The notes beneath the pieces were generated by a model that saw nothing but the letters and a program-made list of their open reading frames with translations, did not search any database and was not told where the DNA came from. A stretch of DNA of 63,661 nucleotides, filler included, from Bacteroidales bacterium (GTDB taxonomy: Bacteria; Bacteroidota; Bacteroidia; Bacteroidales; CAIWKO01), in the NCBI GenBank assembly GCA_035389045.1. It is 3 parts of 3 records of this genome, joined end to end, with 100 filler letters (N's around TTAATTAATTAA, not from the genome) between each part and the next. Parts side by side here need not be neighbours in the genome. Positions count along the whole stretch, not along the records: positions 26,447 to 52,683 come from DAOORA010000065.1; 2 more parts are not named here. One strand, given 5' to 3'. Of this stretch, positions 31,160-41,000 are shown piece by piece. Position numbers and translations under genes: made by a program. Numbering within the stretch: the stretch's first letter is position 1; the number at the start of each line of letters is the position of its first letter.

Positions 31160-31440
31160 TCCTGCCTGGCTGAAAGTGGCAGTGCGACTTCCCGGTGGCT
31201 GAGGCCACCTAAGGCGGCTTAAGCTCCCAACGGTGGCTGAGCGGAGTCGAAGCCACCGTCAATAGCTTCTGCTCAAGCTGAAAGTGTTAGCGCGACTGCT
31301 CCGCAGGAGCTCCTGCGGAGCGCGAAAGGCATCCGCTGCCGTCAGCCGTGCTACCACTACAGCCCCGGATTTAGTGATAAGATGACTGCCATAAGCGCAG
31401 GACCAGCGCGCAGTCATCTTATCACTTGTATTTATATATT
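31160..31440. repeat. Cluster of GC-rich palindromes (REP-like) upstream of wzm
   Basis: acggtggct-gagcggagtcga-agccaccgt (31230-31259); perfect 24-bp palindrome gctccgcaggagctcctgcggagc (31298-31321); similar to 52304-52400. Confidence 0.7.
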
Positions 31441-31480
31441 TGAGTTTAACGTGCCTGTGATGAGAAGTTCTGAAAATTAA

Positions 31481-31488
31481 TATCTTTG
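31481..31488 (+). promoter_or_regulatory. Putative -7 promoter element for wzm
   Basis: TATCTTTG matches TAnnTTTG 14 bp before the start codon. Confidence 0.5.
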
Positions 31489-31502
31489 CACAAAAAATTT
31501 CA

Positions 31503-32354
31503 ATGGCACAAGAACCTGATGTCTGGACAGAAGTTATAAAACCCCAGACCAACTGGTTTAATTTTCATCTAAAAGAAGTCTGGAGGTATCGCGACCTGCT
31601 GATGTTATTTGTCCGCAGGGATTTTGTTTCGGTATACAAGCAAACCATACTCGGTCCTTTGTGGTATCTGGTGCAGGCGTTGTTAACAACGATAACATAT
31701 ACAATAATATTTGGCCGTGTAGCCAAACTGCCGACGGACGGCATTCCGCAATCTTTGTTTTATATGGCCGGCATAGTTTGCTGGGGCTATTTTTCGACAT
31801 GCCTGACCAAGACGTCGAATACGTTTGTCAATAATGCAGGCATTTTTGGTAAGGTCTATTTTCCACGTCTCACGGTCCCTGTTTCTATTGTGATTTCTAA
31901 CCTGGTAAGTTTCGGGATACAATTGCTTATGTTTTTCGGATTTATGGTGTATTTTTATTTCCAGGGGATGCCTGTCCGTCTGAATACCACATTATTCCTT
32001 TTCCCATTATTGATCCTTTTGATGGCGGGAATGGGCCTTGGCCTCGGGATCATCATATCTTCGCTGACTACCAAATACAGGGATCTGCAATACCTGGTGA
32101 CTTTTGCGGTTCAGTTGCTCATGTATGCCACACCGGTAATTTTTCCACTGTCCTTTTTCGGAGGAACTTTGCGAACCCTTGTTTTGCTTAATCCGATGAC
32201 TTCGATAGTAGAGTCTTTCAAATATGCTTTTCTGGGGTCAGGGACATTCAGCTGGCTATACCTCGGGTATAGTGCGGCTTTCACCCTTGTGGTGCTGCTT
32301 GCCGGCATAGTATTGTTTAACCGGATTGAACGGAATTTTATGGATACGGTATGA
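31503..32354 (+). CDS. wzm: Polysaccharide ABC transporter permease
   Basis: EVWRYRDLL..FVRRD...YKQTILGPLW, KVYFPR, YRDL, LMYATPVIFP, LNPM. Confidence 0.93.
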   Translation: MAQEPDVWTEVIKPQTNWFNFHLKEVWRYRDLLMLFVRRDFVSVYKQTILGPLWYLVQALLTTITYTIIFGRVAKLPTDGIPQSLFYMAGIVCWGYFSTCLTKTSNTFVNNAGIFGKVYFPRLTVPVSIVISNLVSFGIQLLMFFGFMVYFYFQGMPVRLNTTLFLFPLLILLMAGMGLGLGIIISSLTTKYRDLQYLVTFAVQLLMYATPVIFPLSFFGGTLRTLVLLNPMTSIVESFKYAFLGSGTFSWLYLGYSAAFTLVVLLAGIVLFNRIERNFMDTV

Positions 32355-32491
32355 TCAGAATTTTTATTAATTTTGTAAACTGCTTATCCCCTTTAAACAA
32401 GTCCGCATTAAATTCAATGAATATGAGTCTGAATCTGATAATAGTTTATGTTTTAAATTTGAGAATCCTCATTCCACTCCGTTCCATTTAA

Positions 32492-32521
32492 CCTGCCTGC
32501 CGTAACGGCAGTTCAGGCAGG
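32492..32521. repeat. 30-bp palindromic mini-element cctgcctgccg..cggcagttcaggcagg
   Basis: Near-identical copies at 33887-33915, 34189-34217 and 51286-51314. Confidence 0.8.
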
Positions 32522-32552
32522 TCAGTGAGGAATCTTAGCGATCAGGGATAAT

Positions 32553-32849
32553 ATGAATAAGTATACAGACAAGGAAATAAAGATAAAATTGAAGTCCGTT
32601 TTCTGGGATCATAATATTACTTCTGAAGATTTGTTCGGTATTTTTACGGGTAAAAAAAAGAATGTGGGTTCGGTGAATCGTGTAATTATTTATTACCGTT
32701 TATTGAACTCCTACGATTGGTATACGCTGCTGAAAATGGTACCATCCGGAAAATGGAAAGAAATGCTATCAGATCCCGTCCTGGAAAATCTCTTCCCCAA
32801 AAGCTTAAAGAAAAAATATTCTTATGCACGCCGAGTATTATACGGATAA
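32553..32849 (+). CDS. Small putative antitoxin partner of the downstream nucleotidyltransferase
   Basis: 98 aa, SVFWD..I motif, overlaps the start of the AbiEii-like gene. Confidence 0.6.
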   Translation: MNKYTDKEIKIKLKSVFWDHNITSEDLFGIFTGKKKNVGSVNRVIIYYRLLNSYDWYTLLKMVPSGKWKEMLSDPVLENLFPKSLKKKYSYARRVLYG

Positions 32850-33507
32850 ACTATATCCCCTGCAGGATAAGTTTTTGAGAATGCTGAACAACATGGATAC
32901 CGATTTTTATTTAACCGGCGGAACAGCATTAAGCCGTTTTTACCTGCAACACCGTTACTCTGATGATCTGGATTTTTTTGCGAACGGGTCTGAACATTTC
33001 AGAGAAAATATAACCGCTATCATTAAAGGCATGGATGTAAAGTGTGAAATAGGGGCAAGGGATGAGATGTTTGCCCGTATTTTTGTAAACCAGGGAGATT
33101 GTACCCTGAAGATCGATTTTGTGAATGATGTTCCTTTTCATTCAGGCACATTTAACAAAACCCGTATTTTTAAAAAGGTTGACAATCCTTTGAATATTTT
33201 ATCCAACAAAGTTTCGGCATTGCAGCGCAATAGTCCGAAAGATATCGCCGATATCGTTTTAATCAGTGAAAGGTTTCATTTCAACTGGGTAGAAATTATT
33301 GAAGATGCACAAAAAAAAGATCTTTGGGTGAATCCTTTAGATGTGGCAATGATCATGGAATCCTTTCCGGTAAAACAGCTCAATGAGGTAAAATGGATTT
33401 CTATGCCGGATTTGGACCTGTTCAGTAAAAATATTAAAATACTAATAAAGGATATTGTTAAAGGAAAAACGAACTCATTGTGCAAATTAAAACAGGATGG
33501 CAAGTGA
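32824..33507 (+). CDS. AbiEii/AbiGii-family nucleotidyltransferase toxin
   Basis: FYLTGGTALSRFYLQHRYSDDLDFF, KIDFV, NKVSAL.R..PKDIADI. Confidence 0.88.
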   Translation: MHAEYYTDKLYPLQDKFLRMLNNMDTDFYLTGGTALSRFYLQHRYSDDLDFFANGSEHFRENITAIIKGMDVKCEIGARDEMFARIFVNQGDCTLKIDFVNDVPFHSGTFNKTRIFKKVDNPLNILSNKVSALQRNSPKDIADIVLISERFHFNWVEIIEDAQKKDLWVNPLDVAMIMESFPVKQLNEVKWISMPDLDLFSKNIKILIKDIVKGKTNSLCKLKQDGK

Positions 33508-33540
33508 GAAGGTGAAAGGGAAAAGGGAGACTGTTGAAGT

Positions 33541-33710
33541 GTTGAAATGGTTAAATGTGTCAAATAGTTAAATAGTTAAATAGTTAAAATGGTCAAATGG
33601 TCAAATGAGCCAAATAGTTATTAGTCAAATAGGTTAAATAGGCTAAATGAGTTAAATGGTTGTTAGTTAAATAGCTAGATGGGGCAAATGGTCAAATGTT
33701 CATAGGGTTA
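33541..33710 (+). repeat. Degenerate 8-9-bp tandem repeat (tagttaaa/tggtcaaa)
   Basis: aaatagttaaatagttaaatagttaaaatggtcaaatggtcaaatgagccaaatag... Confidence 0.85.
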
Positions 33711-33711
33711 A

Positions 33712-33930
33712 GTGGTGACAAAAAGCGAAATTATTAATAGTATTAAGGGAGGCGAAAATCAAAAGATTGAGCTTAAATCATCTTTTGGCAAGAGCGTTAT
33801 TGAAACCGTAGTGGCTTTTTCGAATGCAAGCGGAGGCAGAATTATTATGGGGTGCTACAAATGGTCTCAGCGTTATTTTTGTCAACCCTGCCTGCCGTTC
33901 GGCAGTTCAGGCTGGCTTTGCGCGCCTTAG
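33712..33930 (+). pseudogene. Truncated AlbA_2/Schlafen-domain protein
   Basis: GENQKIELKSSF...IETVVAFSNASGGRIIMG, then runs into the palindromic repeat and stops. Confidence 0.75.
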
Positions 33931-34295
33931 TTGTAAAAAAAAATAGAACCACGAAGTCGCACGAAGGGTATTCACGAAGGGACACAAAGGGGAAATTTTA
34001 AAAAAAATAACATAAAAAACATACTTTTGTCAACTTTTGCGCGCCTTAGTGGTAAAAAAAAAGATAACTACGAAGTCCGCCGCGGCGGACACGAAGTACA
34101 TTCACAAAGGGACACAAAGAGGAATTTAATAAAAATAAATATCAAAAAAATATGCTTTATGCAGACCTTTGAGTGCCTTAGTGACAACCCTGCCTGCCGT
34201 TCGGCAGTTCAGGCAGGCTTTGAGCGCCTTAGTGGTTAAAAAAAATAGAACCACGAAGTCGCACGAAGTACATTCACAAAGGGACACAAAGTGAA
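33883..34295. repeat. Three tandem ~150-bp hairpin repeat units
   Basis: Repeated ctttg.gcgccttagt.gt-aaaa-aaccacgaagtcgcacgaag...cac.aagggacacaaag separated by AT-rich spacers; arms are mutually complementary. Confidence 0.85.
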
Positions 34296-34333
34296 ATAAA
34301 AAATTCATTATTTAACAACACATAATACGAAAT

Positions 34334-35617
34334 ATGTCCATTGTAATCCAGGTTGAACATCTCTCTAAGCAATACCGTCTGGGACAGATCGGGAGCGGAA
34401 CGATCAAAGATGACCTTAGTCGTTTTTGGGCAAGGCTGAGGGGACAGGAAGATCCGACGCTCAAAATCGGGCAGTCGAATGTGCTGAATAGTAAGAGCCG
34501 GGGAGCCGAAAAAGGGGATGCGGAATATGTGTGGGCATTGAATGATGTTAATTTTGACGTGCAACAGGGCGAGGTGCTTGGCATTATTGGTAAAAACGGT
34601 GCTGGGAAATCCACGCTGTTAAAAATTTTATCGAAAGTTACGGCGCCCACCACCGGCAGTGTCCGGGTAAAAGGACGCATTGCCAGCCTGCTCGAAGTGG
34701 GTACCGGATTTCATCCTGAATTATCCGGCAGGGAAAACATTTTTCTCAATGGCGCCATATTGGGGATGACAAAATCCGAGATACGTGCAAAATTTGATGA
34801 AATTGTTGATTTCGCCGGCGTCGCAAAATATATTGACACCCCTGTAAAACGTTACAGCAGCGGCATGTATGTGCGTCTGGCCTTTGCCGTAGCAGCTCAT
34901 CTCGAACCAGAGATTCTTGTGGTGGACGAAGTACTGGCCGTCGGGGATGCCGAGTTTCAGAAAAAAGCAGTGGGAAAAATGCAGGACGTGAGCAAAGATC
35001 AGGGCAGAACAGTACTGTTTGTGAGTCACAATATGACAGCCATTGAAACTTTATGCAAAAGAGTACTGGTTATGGAAAACGGAAAACTGGCATTTTCAGG
35101 CAGTGTGGATGAAGGGATTTCAAGATATTTTGAAAATGTGGAACGCAGGGAAAGCACCACCATCAGGGAAGGAGTGACCCGTATCCACCACGACCTGACA
35201 ATTGACGATATACAGATCAACGGGAGCAGTTCCAATACCGTATACATTGATGCCCAAACGGATCATATAGATTTTTATGTGAAAGGCAGTCTGAATGAAA
35301 AAAAGCGCATGGCGCTGGAGGTCAGGATTTTTGATTTCAGGGATAACCTGCTGGCCTTTTTTTCGCCGGGGCACCTCTATGGCGAACTGAATACGTATGA
35401 GGCAGGGCCATTTGAGTTAAAAGAAAAATTCAATCTGCCGGTCAATATTTCAAAAGGTGAATATTATCTGAGTTTTCTGATTTCTCATCCCAATGTTGAA
35501 GTTTATGCACTGGAACACAGACATGTAAAACTGGTTTCCAAAGGTGTTGCCACAACCACCGGCTTTGAACTGGATTATAAAAACAGAGGCTTTATTATTT
35601 TAGAACGGGTCAAATAA
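34334..35617 (+). CDS. wzt: Polysaccharide ABC transporter ATPase with C-terminal Wzt_C-like extension
   Basis: GKNGAGKST, LLEVGTGFHPELSGREN, YSSGMYVRLAF, VDEVLAVGD, LFVSH, ~150-aa beta-rich tail. Confidence 0.93.
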   Translation: MSIVIQVEHLSKQYRLGQIGSGTIKDDLSRFWARLRGQEDPTLKIGQSNVLNSKSRGAEKGDAEYVWALNDVNFDVQQGEVLGIIGKNGAGKSTLLKILSKVTAPTTGSVRVKGRIASLLEVGTGFHPELSGRENIFLNGAILGMTKSEIRAKFDEIVDFAGVAKYIDTPVKRYSSGMYVRLAFAVAAHLEPEILVVDEVLAVGDAEFQKKAVGKMQDVSKDQGRTVLFVSHNMTAIETLCKRVLVMENGKLAFSGSVDEGISRYFENVERRESTTIREGVTRIHHDLTIDDIQINGSSSNTVYIDAQTDHIDFYVKGSLNEKKRMALEVRIFDFRDNLLAFFSPGHLYGELNTYEAGPFELKEKFNLPVNISKGEYYLSFLISHPNVEVYALEHRHVKLVSKGVATTTGFELDYKNRGFIILERVK

Positions 35618-35713
35618 CACTTATCTTTAGGGTGAACAAAGCATATTATTATAAGTTGTATGAATACTGTATTAAAAATAATTTTTTGAAATGATATATA
35701 ATAATAGGGAAAT

Positions 35714-36751
35714 ATGAAAAAAGCGCTTATTTCGGGTATAACAGGTCAGGATGGAAGTTACCTGGCAGAATTATTACTGGAAAAGAATTATATTGTGCAT
35801 GGCATCATCAGGCGTTCGAGTTCTTTCAATACATTTCGGATCGATCATCTGTATAATGACCCGGAAATACTGAATAAACGGTTGTTCCTTCATTACGGGG
35901 ATATGAATGATTCGTCCAGTCTGAACCGTATCCTCGAGAAAACCCGGCCGGATGAAATTTATAACCTTGCGGCACAAAGTCATGTACAGGTTTCTTTTGA
36001 AATGCCTGAGTACACTGCCGAAGCTGACGGTGTCGGCGCCCTGAGGTTTTTGGATGCCATTAAGGATGTGGGGGTTTCGTCAAAATTTTACCAGGCTTCA
36101 ACATCTGAACTTTACGGACTGGCCCAGGCGGTGCCGCAAAATGAAAAAACGCCTTTTTATCCGCGCAGTCCTTATGCCGTGGCAAAACTTTATGCTTACT
36201 GGATCGTGGTAAATTACCGCGAAGCATACAATCTTTTTGCCTGTAACGGCATCCTTTTTAACCATGAAAGCGAAAGAAGGGGCAAGACCTTTGTCACACG
36301 GAAGATCAGTGTTTCCGTTGCCAATATCATGACGGGAAAAGATGAAATCCTGCTTTTAGGGAACCTTGATTCCCGGCGTGACTGGGGTTATGCCCCGGAA
36401 TACATTGAAGGGATGTGGAGAATTTTGCAGCATGAAAAGCCCGAAGACTTTGTGCTGGCTACCAACGAAACACATACCGTACGCGAGTTTGTTGAGGAGG
36501 CCTTTAAAGTGCTTGGCGAAGAAATAACGTGGGCAGGGAGTGGTGTTGATGAAAAAGGATACTTAAAATCAACCGGAAAGATGGTGGTGGGGATCAATTC
36601 CCGCTATTTCAGGCCGACAGAAGTTGATTTGCTGATAGGCGACTACTCTAAAGCCAAAAGACTCCTGGGATGGGAGCCCGGGACTACGTTCAAAGACCTG
36701 GTAAGGATCATGGTGATGGCTGATTTTGAAAAAGCAAAAAAAAGAATATAG
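35714..36751 (+). CDS. gmd: GDP-mannose 4,6-dehydratase
   Basis: [61 protein letters not shown]. Confidence 0.97.
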   Translation: MKKALISGITGQDGSYLAELLLEKNYIVHGIIRRSSSFNTFRIDHLYNDPEILNKRLFLHYGDMNDSSSLNRILEKTRPDEIYNLAAQSHVQVSFEMPEYTAEADGVGALRFLDAIKDVGVSSKFYQASTSELYGLAQAVPQNEKTPFYPRSPYAVAKLYAYWIVVNYREAYNLFACNGILFNHESERRGKTFVTRKISVSVANIMTGKDEILLLGNLDSRRDWGYAPEYIEGMWRILQHEKPEDFVLATNETHTVREFVEEAFKVLGEEITWAGSGVDEKGYLKSTGKMVVGINSRYFRPTEVDLLIGDYSKAKRLLGWEPGTTFKDLVRIMVMADFEKAKKRI

Positions 36752-36752
36752 C

Positions 36753-37868
36753 ATGGAAAAAAGCAGCAAAATATATGTTGCAGGGCATAACGGACTGGTA
36801 GGATCTGCTATTGTTCAAAACCTGAGGCAAAAAGGATATTATAATATCATCGGAAAAGATTTCCGGGAGCTTGATCTGCGTGATCCTGCGGCTGTAAACG
36901 CTTACTTTCAGATAGAAAAACCGGAATATGTGTTTCTGGCTGCGGCAAAAGTCGGGGGAATTGTGGCAAACAATACCTATCGTGCCGAGTTTATCTATGA
37001 TAACTTAATGATACAGAACAATGTGATACATAATGCGTACCTGCACGGGGTAAAAAAATTACTTTTTCTGGGCAGTACATGTATCTATCCCGGGCAATGC
37101 CCCCAACCTATGAAAGAGGAATATTTACTTTCCAGCGAACTTGAATATACCAATGAACCCTATGCCATAGCAAAAATTGCCGGAATAAAAATGTGCGAAA
37201 GCTATAACATACAGTACGGAACCAATTTTTTAAGTGTTATGCCCACGAATTTGTATGGGCCCAATGATAATTTTGACCTTGAAAAAAGCCATGTTCTGCC
37301 TGCTATGCTGCGCAAGATACATCTTGCAAAGTGTTTGGAAGCTGCTGATTTTGCTGAAATAAGGAAGGACCTGACTTTAGAGCCCATAGAAAATGCGGAC
37401 GGTAATTCATCAACAGGAGAAATCATGTTGATCCTGGAAAAATACGGCATTAGGAAGAATAATGATGATGAAAAAACAAGTGTTGAAATCTGGGGCAGCG
37501 GCGAACCGCTGCGGGAATTTTTGTGGAGCGGGGAAATGGCAGACGCCTGTGTATTTATCATGGAAAAGGTTAATTTCTCTGATGTGGCAGGCAGTTGCAA
37601 TGGCGGAATCCGAAATACCCACATCAACATTGGCACCGGCAGGGAAATTCCCATTAAAAACCTGGCATATCTGGTCAAAGAAACCATCGGCTTTGCCGGA
37701 GACTTGTTTTTTAATAAAGCAAAACCCGACGGCACCATGCGGAAACTCACCGATACCACAAAACTCAATGCGTTGGGATGGAAACACAGCATTGATATTG
37801 AACAGGGCATTAAAATGATGTACGACTGGTACAGGGAAAGACAATTAATAAAACAGGACGATCATTGA
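36753..37868 (+). CDS. fcl: GDP-L-fucose synthase
   Basis: VAGHNGLVGSA, AAAKVGGI, FLGSTCIYP, NEPYAIAKIAG, MPTNLYGPNDNF, KPDGT. Confidence 0.96.
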   Translation: MEKSSKIYVAGHNGLVGSAIVQNLRQKGYYNIIGKDFRELDLRDPAAVNAYFQIEKPEYVFLAAAKVGGIVANNTYRAEFIYDNLMIQNNVIHNAYLHGVKKLLFLGSTCIYPGQCPQPMKEEYLLSSELEYTNEPYAIAKIAGIKMCESYNIQYGTNFLSVMPTNLYGPNDNFDLEKSHVLPAMLRKIHLAKCLEAADFAEIRKDLTLEPIENADGNSSTGEIMLILEKYGIRKNNDDEKTSVEIWGSGEPLREFLWSGEMADACVFIMEKVNFSDVAGSCNGGIRNTHINIGTGREIPIKNLAYLVKETIGFAGDLFFNKAKPDGTMRKLTDTTKLNALGWKHSIDIEQGIKMMYDWYRERQLIKQDDH

Positions 37869-37869
37869 T

Positions 37870-38862
37870 ATGGAAACGATAAAAATTGACTTTGTGGATT
37901 TCTATCCCAATTTTGTAAAAAACAATAATGAACTCTATAATGCATTGGCTGAAAAATTCAATCTACAGATAAGTTCATCGCCGGATTATATTATTTATTC
38001 ATGTTATGGTAATGAACATTTGAAATACGATGGTATAAAAATATTTTTTACCGGGGAGAACCTGGTGCCTGACTTTAATTTTTGCGACTATGCCATAGGA
38101 TTTCACTTCATTGATTTTGAGGACAGGTATCTCAGGCTGCCGCTGTCGGTAATCAGGGGATCATATAAAAACATTGCCGACAAAAAAATTGACCGCGAAA
38201 AAGCATTGAACCGTAAATTCTGCAATTTTGTATATTCAAACCAGGGTAACGCTCATCCGATACGAAACAAGTTTTTTAATGAACTGTCGAAATATAAGAA
38301 GGTTGATTCGGGAGGAAAGGCATTTAACAATATAGGAGGGGCTGTAGCAGATAAATTTGCTTTTATTGCTGAATATAAATTTACCATTGCCATTGAAAAC
38401 TCAAGTGTGAACGGGTATGTCACCGAAAAGATCGTGGAGCCCATGTCGGTGAACTCGGTGCCGGTGTACTGGGGCAGTAAAAGTATAGGCGCCGATTTCA
38501 ATACCGATGCGTTTGTTGTGATCAGGGACGACAGTGACGAAGCTATACGGGAAGCCATACAACGGATCAGATTTTTAGACCAGAATGATGATGAATACCT
38601 GAAGCTGCTGTCGCAGCCCTGGGTAAAACCCGGCCAATATGTAAATTTTGAAGAAACCCTTCAGCAATTTTTCGGACACATTGTATCGCAGCCATTTCAT
38701 ACGGCCGGACGAAGGGCCCTGAATGGATTTAATATGAGATATGTTGGAAAAATGATTAAGTTCTATGAGAGTGTTAAGAACAGGACGATAGATAATGAAA
38801 TCAGTTTCAGGGAAATAATGAAATTATTATTAAGAAAGGTGAAAAGGAAAATGCCTCTATAA
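37870..38862 (+). CDS. GT10-family alpha-1,3/4-fucosyltransferase-like protein
   Basis: FTGENLVPDFNFCDYAIGF, DRYLRLP, RKFCNFVYSN, YKKVDSGG..FNNIG, YKFTIAIENS...GYVTEKI, PVYWG. Confidence 0.88.
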   Translation: METIKIDFVDFYPNFVKNNNELYNALAEKFNLQISSSPDYIIYSCYGNEHLKYDGIKIFFTGENLVPDFNFCDYAIGFHFIDFEDRYLRLPLSVIRGSYKNIADKKIDREKALNRKFCNFVYSNQGNAHPIRNKFFNELSKYKKVDSGGKAFNNIGGAVADKFAFIAEYKFTIAIENSSVNGYVTEKIVEPMSVNSVPVYWGSKSIGADFNTDAFVVIRDDSDEAIREAIQRIRFLDQNDDEYLKLLSQPWVKPGQYVNFEETLQQFFGHIVSQPFHTAGRRALNGFNMRYVGKMIKFYESVKNRTIDNEISFREIMKLLLRKVKRKMPL

Positions 38863-39043
38863 TTAGTGTTTGTTCACAAACTCTAATTAGAGGAATTTGA
38901 AACTATGAAAAATACTGTTTTATTTATATTGTTGCATTGTTGTTGAAACCTTACTGTTATAAAAAATATTAGCGTGGTTTATGGTTTTAGAAACTCAGAA
39001 AATTTGTCATAAATGTAATAAAAAACAATAAATATATAGTTAA

Positions 39044-39640
39044 ATGAAGTTTATTTTTGATTTAGATGGTACTATAACTGCACAGGAAACATTACCAGTT
39101 ATAGCCAAGAAATTTCATTTGGAGAAAGAAATTTTAAATCTCACTAATGAAACCATAAAAGGTAATATTCCTTTTGTTGAAAGTTTTATCCGCAGGGTGC
39201 ATGTTTTAGGGAAATTGCCGGTTTCTGAAATTTCAGATTTACTTTCAGGCGTCAGGTTACATAAAAAGGTTTTGAAATTTATTAATGATAATAAAGAGAA
39301 TTGTGTAATAGCAACCGGCAATCTGGATTGCTGGATAGATAAACTTTCTTCAAAAATTGATTGTATTTGTTATAATTCTATTGCAAAAGTTGAGAATAAC
39401 AAAGTAGTTTCTATCGAGTACATTTTGAACAAGGACGAAGTGGTTAATAAATATAAAGGAATGGGCGAGGAAGTGGTTTTTATCGGAGACGGAAATAATG
39501 ATATGGAAGCTATGCGCATTTCTGATATTTCTATTGCGGCTGGGTTAATTCATTATCCTGCCAATAGTATTTTGACCGTTGCAGATTATTTAATTTTTAA
39601 TGAGGAGGCGTTATGTCGTCAGTTAAATCAGTTGTTATAA
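39044..39640 (+). CDS. HAD-IB phosphatase (phosphoserine-phosphatase-like)
   Basis: FIFDLDGT, ATG, K, FIGDGNND. Confidence 0.82.
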   Translation: MKFIFDLDGTITAQETLPVIAKKFHLEKEILNLTNETIKGNIPFVESFIRRVHVLGKLPVSEISDLLSGVRLHKKVLKFINDNKENCVIATGNLDCWIDKLSSKIDCICYNSIAKVENNKVVSIEYILNKDEVVNKYKGMGEEVVFIGDGNNDMEAMRISDISIAAGLIHYPANSILTVADYLIFNEEALCRQLNQLL

Positions 39641-40254
39641 GTTGTGCCGGGATAGGATCCCGTCTGGGTCTTGGACAAACAAAAGCGTTGATCACTCTGA
39701 ACGGAAGATCTCTGATCAGGTGGCAGCTGGAGTTACTTAAAGATTTTGAAGATATTAGAATTGTTGTAGGGTATCAGGCAAATGACGTGATCAAAGAAGT
39801 TTTAAAAATCAGGAAAGACGTAATTTTTGTATATAATCATGATTATTTTAATACAAAAACAGGGGCAAGTTTTTATTTAGGAGCCAAAGATGCCAATGAA
39901 TTCGTAATTGAATGGGATGGTGATCTTTTGGTTCATCCCGATGATATTTCAAAAATTTTGAATGCTAACGATGAATTTATTGGATATTCAGACATTGTTT
40001 CAGACGAAGCAGTATTTGTTAAAACCAATAATAAAGGAGATGTTTTATCTTTCTCCAGAGAGCATGGAGATTACGAATGGACAGGCCCTGCATGTATAAG
40101 AAAATCAAAACTTCAATTCACCCGGGGCAATGTTTTTGAACAGCTTGAACCATATTTGCCAATGAAAGGTCTGAGGGTAAGAGCTTATGACATTGATACT
40201 TACGATGATTATAAAAGAGTTGAATTAGTAATAAAAGAATGGAGGAATTTGTGA
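39613..40254 (+). CDS. NTP transferase, LicC/phosphocholine-cytidylyltransferase-like
   Basis: VISCAGIGSRLG...TKAL, IVVGYQ, DGDLL, DIDTYDDY. Confidence 0.78.
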   Translation: MSSVKSVVISCAGIGSRLGLGQTKALITLNGRSLIRWQLELLKDFEDIRIVVGYQANDVIKEVLKIRKDVIFVYNHDYFNTKTGASFYLGAKDANEFVIEWDGDLLVHPDDISKILNANDEFIGYSDIVSDEAVFVKTNNKGDVLSFSREHGDYEWTGPACIRKSKLQFTRGNVFEQLEPYLPMKGLRVRAYDIDTYDDYKRVELVIKEWRNL

Positions 40255-41000
40255 AACGAATATATGGTATAATAGGGGGCGCCGGTGTTGCTGCAACAAA
40301 TAGATTAAATCATTTAATTGAAGAATATTTGACGAGAAATGGGGCATTTAGAGACGCCCATCATCCAGAAATTATATCTTATCAGGCAGTTAATTCTCCT
40401 TCAAGAAGTATGTTTTTAGAAAAAAAAGGTGAAACTTTTATACCAAGTTATGTTGACATTGGGAAAAAATTAAAATCGATTGGAGCAAATATTTTATGTA
40501 TGTCATGTAACACAGCTCATTATGCTTTTGATGAAATTCAAAAAGAAGTTGATTTGCCATTTATAAATATGGTTGAAGATACGGTCAAATTCATTGATGA
40601 TAAATATAAAAACAAGAGAATCGGATTAATTGCTTCAGATGGGTGTTTAATGGGTAAAGTTTATGAGTTTTATTTTAACAAATATAATATCAAATTACCA
40701 GTTGTATACCCTGATGTTGAATATCAGAAAGAAGTAACACGAGGAATTATAAACATAAAAAACAGTAATCGGTTTAAAGATATTAATTATATCAATAGGC
40801 CAAGAAACATTTTTAAATCTGTTTGTGACCATTTGGTGTACAATGGCGCTGAAGTAATTATTTTAGGATGTACAGATATCTCAGTAGATTTTGTACCTTT
40901 GAATAATGAAAGTGTAATAATTGTTGATTCGCTTAATATTCTTGCAAATTCGATAATAAATGATTTTTTAATTTATAAACAACAATATGATGGAAAATAA
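40239..41000 (+). CDS. Aspartate/glutamate racemase family protein
   Basis: GIIGGAG..AT, CNTAH and LGCTD two-cysteine motifs. Confidence 0.88.
   Translation: MEEFVKRIYGIIGGAGVAATNRLNHLIEEYLTRNGAFRDAHHPEIISYQAVNSPSRSMFLEKKGETFIPSYVDIGKKLKSIGANILCMSCNTAHYAFDEIQKEVDLPFINMVEDTVKFIDDKYKNKRIGLIASDGCLMGKVYEFYFNKYNIKLPVVYPDVEYQKEVTRGIINIKNSNRFKDINYINRPRNIFKSVCDHLVYNGAEVIILGCTDISVDFVPLNNESVIIVDSLNILANSIINDFLIYKQQYDGK

Noticed and set aside
33883..34295. Repeat-spacer pattern resembling a CRISPR array
   Set aside because: Units are ~150 bp and degenerate, spacers are AT-rich and similar to each other, no cas genes
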